Source: an uncultured cyanobacterium (lineage in GTDB: Bacteria > Cyanobacteriota > Cyanobacteriia > PCC-9006 > JAAUQQ01). From it: a stretch of DNA of 64,000 bases. Shown here one piece after another: positions 59,313-64,000 of this stretch; position 1 is the stretch's first letter; every line of letters starts with the position of its first letter. The notes below the pieces were generated by a model, which saw nothing but the letters and a program-made list of their open reading frames with translations, searched no databases and had not been told where the DNA came from. The position numbers and the translations under genes are program-made. The DNA is taken from contig OY970368.1 of assembly GCA_963718615.1 (NCBI GenBank), forward strand, positions 4,352,001 through 4,416,000, written 5' to 3'.

Positions 59313-60446
59313 ATGGACCCAACACCGCGTACGACGACCCCTATGGCACTTGAAACTGCTTCCCCCCGCGAATCCATCGCTGATGCGGCCATACCGCCGT
59401 TGGTTTCGGTGATCATTCCGATTTACAACGGTGAACGGGATATTCCACCCTTGATGGATTGTTTGCAAGCGCAAACCTACCCGCGCGATCGCGTCGAATA
59501 TTTACTCGTCGATAACCACAGCACCGACCACACCGCAAAACGCCTCAAGGCGGCGATGGCGATCGCCAATGGCACCGGTTTCCAGTTTCGCTATCTCAGC
59601 GAAGTGGACATTCAAAGCTCCTACGCGGCCCGAAATCGGGGGGTCTATGAAGCCCAGGGGGAAGTCCTGGCGTTTACCGATGCGGACTGTCGGCCCCAGC
59701 CCCAGTGGCTGGCGGATTTGGTGGAACCCTTTGGGGAACCGGAGGTGGGCTGGGTTGTGGGGGATATTATTGGTGCGCCGGGAAAAACCCTGCTAGAGCG
59801 ATTTGCCATCCACACCGAAACCCTGGCCCAGAAACATACTCTTAGCCACAGCTTTGCGCCCTATGGTCAAACGGCCAACCTGGCGGTGCGTCGCCCTGTC
59901 TTTGACGAGGTTGGTTTGTTTCGCTCCTATTTGACCACCGGGGGCGATGCGGATTTTTGCTGGCGGATTTATCGGGGGACGAATTGGCAGTTGCGATCGG
60001 CTCCGACGGCGATCGTCGAGCATTGTCACCGCAGTACCTGGCGGGAATTGGCCAGTCAGTGGCGACGCTATGGTCGGTCCAACTGGTATTTGCACAAGCT
60101 CCATGGGGTGCCGCCGATGGAGCCGGTGGAACTTGCCCAGGTGATGGAAGGACTGTTCCAGTGGCTGCCCAAAGATTTGCCTCGAACGCTGCGCAAGGTC
60201 TCTCAAGGGGAAGAACCGGCGATCGCCCTCATCGTCTACCCCACAAGCCTGTTTTGCCGTTGGTGCCGCTACCAGGGCCAAAAGCATGCCCAGTTCGATG
60301 AGCGAGCCGCCTTAATTCCTCGGCTAGGTCCCCAAGGCATCATCCTAGAGGAATTGGCCCCGACCAGTGCGACGGCGACTCGCCAAACCATCACGGCTAA
60401 AGGTCAATCCGCTAAAGGTCAATCCGCTGAACGGGTGCCCCATTAA
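59313..60446 (+). CDS. Glycosyltransferase family 2
   Basis: VIIPIYN, VDNHSTD, YAARNRG, FTDADC, GGDADF. Confidence 0.92.
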   Translation: MDPTPRTTTPMALETASPRESIADAAIPPLVSVIIPIYNGERDIPPLMDCLQAQTYPRDRVEYLLVDNHSTDHTAKRLKAAMAIANGTGFQFRYLSEVDIQSSYAARNRGVYEAQGEVLAFTDADCRPQPQWLADLVEPFGEPEVGWVVGDIIGAPGKTLLERFAIHTETLAQKHTLSHSFAPYGQTANLAVRRPVFDEVGLFRSYLTTGGDADFCWRIYRGTNWQLRSAPTAIVEHCHRSTWRELASQWRRYGRSNWYLHKLHGVPPMEPVELAQVMEGLFQWLPKDLPRTLRKVSQGEEPAIALIVYPTSLFCRWCRYQGQKHAQFDERAALIPRLGPQGIILEELAPTSATATRQTITAKGQSAKGQSAERVPH

Positions 60447-61926
60447 GGCTGGGCAGTGACGCTTCAAACGCGCCCACATTGCCGACAATCAGTGTGACGA
60501 GCTGGTCCGGCTGGAGATAGGTTTGGGCGGCTTGCTGCACCGCAGCGGCAGTGGCGGCTTCGACGGCGGTGCGGTATTGGAAAATAAAGTCCAAGGGATA
60601 GCCGTAATATTCGTAGCGCATCAACCGCGAGAGGGTTTGGCTAGGTTCCTGGAAGTTAAACACAAAGGAATTGAGCGCTGATTCCTTGGCGTATTTGAGC
60701 TCGTCGTTGGAGATGGGGGTCTGCTGGACTTGGGCGATCTGCTCGCGCAGGCCTTTGATCAGCGGAATCGTGGTCTCGGTGCGAGTTTGGGCTCCAGCCA
60801 CAAAGACCCCAGGATAATCGTACTGCGGACTCCAGTAGGCATAGACCGAGTAGGCCAACCCTTGCCGGGAGCGAATTTCATTGGTGAGGCGACCGCCAAA
60901 GCCATTGAGGACGCCGTTGAGGACCGTGAGGATGGGGTAGTCGCGATCGCTCGCCAATCCCCCCAAATGGCCAAGGCGCACATCGCTCTGGTTCATCTGG
61001 GGCTGATCCACCACGAAGGTTTGGTTCTGATGGGCTTGGCTCACCGCAGGCAAGGGCGGTAGGGGCTGGGTTGTGGGTTTCCAGTCCCCGAGGGTGTCCT
61101 GGATCAGCGCCATCATCTCAGCCGAATTAAAATCCCCGACAATTCCCAGAATCATCCGATTGGGAAAGAGATTGTCCTCATAAAAACCAACCAGATCATC
61201 CCGGTGAATCTGGTCGAGGTTTTCGGCCTCAACGGTGCGTCCGTAGGGGCTCTCTGCCCCGTAGAGCACTTTGTCAAATTCCCGCTCCGCAATATCGCCG
61301 GGGTCGTCATTGCGACGGGCCAAATTGCCCTTGGCCCGAGACAGAGCCAAGTCGACTTGGGCCGGGTCAAAGGCCGGCTGACGGAGAACCTGCACAAATC
61401 GACGAAACACCGGCTCTAGGTCTTCGCTGAGGCTGCTGAACTTGGCCTGACCTGCCGTGGTGCCGATTTGGGTTTCGATGCTGGCGGCTCGGTCTTCCAA
61501 AAATTGATTAAGAATCTCCGGTCGTTCCGAACGGGTGCCGCCGCTGCGCATGAGCTGCCCCGTGAGACTAGCCAACCCCACCTGAGTCGCGGGTTCAAAG
61601 CGGCTGCCGGTGCGAATCAGCGCGCTGCCATCCACCAGGGGCAGCTCATGGTCCTCCATCAGATAAACCGTCAGGCCATTGTCGAGCACCTGACGCTGAT
61701 AGTCCGGCAGCTTGACCTCCGGCAGGGGCGGAAAGACCAAATCCTGATAGGGTTTGGGCGAGGCCACTGAGGGCTGATGGCTGAGCATAAACTGACAGCT
61801 CAGTAAGGCGATCGCCAACCCCAATCCTGTCACCAACCGCCGCAGCCGTCGCGACCAGGGGGATCGTCTGATCGCCAGCGTCAACGAAACTTTCATCGCA
61901 ATTATCCTTTTCAAAGACGAGTTCAA
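60412..61926 (-). CDS. M16 peptidase, non-catalytic subunit
   Basis: LDNGL, EDHELP, VGDF, EIRSRQGLAYSV; lacks HxxEH. Confidence 0.9.
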   Translation of the reverse strand: MNSSLKRIIAMKVSLTLAIRRSPWSRRLRRLVTGLGLAIALLSCQFMLSHQPSVASPKPYQDLVFPPLPEVKLPDYQRQVLDNGLTVYLMEDHELPLVDGSALIRTGSRFEPATQVGLASLTGQLMRSGGTRSERPEILNQFLEDRAASIETQIGTTAGQAKFSSLSEDLEPVFRRFVQVLRQPAFDPAQVDLALSRAKGNLARRNDDPGDIAEREFDKVLYGAESPYGRTVEAENLDQIHRDDLVGFYEDNLFPNRMILGIVGDFNSAEMMALIQDTLGDWKPTTQPLPPLPAVSQAHQNQTFVVDQPQMNQSDVRLGHLGGLASDRDYPILTVLNGVLNGFGGRLTNEIRSRQGLAYSVYAYWSPQYDYPGVFVAGAQTRTETTIPLIKGLREQIAQVQQTPISNDELKYAKESALNSFVFNFQEPSQTLSRLMRYEYYGYPLDFIFQYRTAVEAATAAAVQQAAQTYLQPDQLVTLIVGNVGAFEASLPSLNGAPVQRIDL

Positions 61927-61940
61927 AGACGAAGATTCCT

Positions 61941-61990
61941 TTTAGACCCAGTTAGACCCAATTAGACCCAATTAGACCTAGTTAGACCCC
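61941..61990. repeat. 5 x 10-bp tandem repeat (NTTAGACCCA)
   Basis: Read directly between the two M16 genes. Confidence 0.85.
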
Positions 61991-62003
61991 ATTTCCCCTT
62001 ACC

Positions 62004-63566
62004 CTAGGAAGCCGCATCCTCCGGCAGCAATCGACCAACCGTGCGGTTTTCAGGCCGTAGCGTCGTCTGGGCAATCCGCTGGAGATCGGCGGGGGTGAGT
62101 TGGGCGATCGCCTCCAAATCCTTCAGCAAATTCTCCCAACTGCCGGTTTTACCTTCGTATTCGGCGAGGACCTGGGCCATGCCCATATTGGAGGTGAGCG
62201 ATCGCAGGACGGAAGCCTTGGTTTTGTTTTTGACCCGCTCTAGTTCCATTGCTTCGACGGGGGTGGTGGCGATCGCCGTCAGTTGCTGATGCAGCGAAGA
62301 CGCCACCTCATCGACCGTGTGGCCTGGAGCGACGAGGGCATAAAACATCATCAAGTTGGGATATTTATCGCCGGGATAGCCCGTAAAGCCTTGGGCTGCG
62401 AGGGCCACCTGTTCTTGCTCGACCATAGTGCGATAAAGCCGCGAGGTGCGGCCACTGCTGAGAATATCCCCCAAAACCGAGTAGGCAACCCCATCGGGGG
62501 CACTGGCAGCGGGAATATGGTAAGCCTCCATATACCAAGGCTGGGTCTTGGCCCGGAGCTCAATCTGACGCTCGGCAGTTTGGGGAGGCTCGGGTGCAAT
62601 CTGGCTTTGTACGGCCTTGGCTCGGGATTGATAGCGCCCAAAATAACTTTGGGCCAGTTGTTGAACCTGTTTCGGATCGACATCACCCACGATCGCCACG
62701 GTCAAATGACTCGGACCATAATGCGCATCAAAAAAAGTTTGTACATCCTGGCGGGTCAAGCCTTGCAAATCGGCCACATGACCAATAATCGGTTGACCAT
62801 AGGGATGCACCTCAAAGGCCTTGGCCTTGAGGGCTTCAAATAGCTGACTCACCGGGTCATTGTCAAACCGCATCCGGCGTTCTTCGAGGATGACCTCTTT
62901 TTCCTCATAGAACTCGCGGAAAACCGGGTGCAAAAAGCGTTCTGACTCCAGCGACATCCAGAGTTCGAGCTTATTGGCAGGCAAGCTGTAGAAATAGGTG
63001 GTTGAATCCGCCGAGGTCGCGGCATTGAGGCCGACGCCCCCTTCTCGCTCGATGACTTGGCCAAGTTCATTCTGTTGAACATACTGACTGGCCTCGGTTT
63101 TGAGGGCTTCAAACTGACCCTTGAGTTGGTCGAGGGTTGACGTTTGGCCTAGGGGGGCGAGGCGCTTAATTTGCTCGAAGGTGCGATCGAGTTTGCGCAA
63201 CACCGCCTGTTCTTTGCCAAAATCCTTCGTGCCAATCACCGGGGTACCCTTGAACGCCAAATGCTCTAGGTAATGGGCCACACCGGTTTTGCCCACGGGT
63301 TCATCGGTGCCGCCCACATTGGCGTAGGTCACAAAGGAAATGACCGGAGCCTCGTGCCGTTCGAGGATCACAAACCGCATGCCATTGTCGAGCTGAAATT
63401 CACTGACCTCGTTGCGTAGGCGATCGAGATAGGGTTGTAGGGCCTGGATAGAATTGGCAGTGCTTGGTCCAGGAAACCCAACCAGGCCTATGGCCAGGAG
63501 CGCGAAACCAAGGGTCAGGCTCAGGAGTTGCTGAGAAAGCCGCTGTAAAAACGGACGCATTAGCAA
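62004..63566 (-). CDS. M16 peptidase, catalytic subunit
   Basis: AHYLEHLAFKG (HxxEH), LNAATS, EERRMR, HPYG. Confidence 0.93.
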   Translation of the reverse strand: MLMRPFLQRLSQQLLSLTLGFALLAIGLVGFPGPSTANSIQALQPYLDRLRNEVSEFQLDNGMRFVILERHEAPVISFVTYANVGGTDEPVGKTGVAHYLEHLAFKGTPVIGTKDFGKEQAVLRKLDRTFEQIKRLAPLGQTSTLDQLKGQFEALKTEASQYVQQNELGQVIEREGGVGLNAATSADSTTYFYSLPANKLELWMSLESERFLHPVFREFYEEKEVILEERRMRFDNDPVSQLFEALKAKAFEVHPYGQPIIGHVADLQGLTRQDVQTFFDAHYGPSHLTVAIVGDVDPKQVQQLAQSYFGRYQSRAKAVQSQIAPEPPQTAERQIELRAKTQPWYMEAYHIPAASAPDGVAYSVLGDILSSGRTSRLYRTMVEQEQVALAAQGFTGYPGDKYPNLMMFYALVAPGHTVDEVASSLHQQLTAIATTPVEAMELERVKNKTKASVLRSLTSNMGMAQVLAEYEGKTGSWENLLKDLEAIAQLTPADLQRIAQTTLRPENRTVGRLLPEDAAS

Positions 63567-63619
63567 TATTTTTTAATCAAAGCACTCCCCATTCTAAACT
63601 GCCCAATTTCAGAACGGCC

Positions 63620-64000
63620 TTACTTCAGACTTTCCAAATAGGCCAGCAAATCAGCCATGACCTCAGGGCTAGGCTGAAACTTTGGCATGGGAGGCGTTGC
63701 GCCGCTGATCACCTGGTGGATGATGCCGATACGAGACTTGCGATCGGACACCGACTTAAGACTGGGACCGACAATGCCGCTCCCCTCTGCCCCATGGCAA
63801 GCAGCGCAATTAATTTTAAAAATTTCGTGACCCTGGTGAACATCTCCAGAAATCGCCATCACCTGCTGAATGTAGGGGTCTCGCATTTGGAAGGCATGGA
63901 ACCCCAAAACGCTCACTACAATTACCACCCCGATCGCTAAAACGGTGAGCACCATCTGCAGCCAGGGCAGTTCAGCGTCGATATCGGTCTTGGGAACGGG
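63620..64000 (-). CDS. cytM: Cytochrome cM (frame stays open to the window edge)
   Basis: N-terminal TM, DPYIQQV, CAACH heme site, VGPSL, TPPMPKFQP. Confidence 0.88.
   Translation of the reverse strand, partial: PVPKTDIDAELPWLQMVLTVLAIGVVIVVSVLGFHAFQMRDPYIQQVMAISGDVHQGHEIFKINCAACHGAEGSGIVGPSLKSVSDRKSRIGIIHQVISGATPPMPKFQPSPEVMADLLAYLESLK

Overview
Cyanobacterial chromosomal window (dense HIP1 GCGATCGC; chlD, psbP, cytM). Core content: arsR with divergent acr3-arsC-arsH followed by two pstS genes (the second behind an 11-bp-phased Pho-box array), htpX, a GDSL hydrolase, an M20 amidohydrolase, a complete guanidine-I riboswitch-controlled guanidine hydrolase operon, murJ, chlD, ligA, nucleoside hydrolase/ribokinase, psbP-maf, two GT2s, an M16 peptidase pair and cytM. 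Accessory content: an intact IS1 with an 8-bp TSD; a TPR-CHAT protease gene coupled to two unknown genes, whose upstream region is present three times around toxin-antitoxin genes; an AIPR gene between 55-bp direct repeats; an orphan NHLP-leader peptide upstream of an FHA-N/response regulator/CHASE2 module; a low-GC three-gene islet next to nested IS remnants; and a truncated DUF3800 gene followed by a candidate structured RNA. Strongest candidate system: a small helical (Bell-like) protein (30609-31061) and the adjacent NB-ARC/TPR NLR (31073-33205) share a 21-residue motif (12/21 identical, ungapped, core GGKQWIA) at their C- and N-termini, the architecture of NLR-triggered amyloid signalling. 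All family assignments come from motif recognition by eye; no searches were run.
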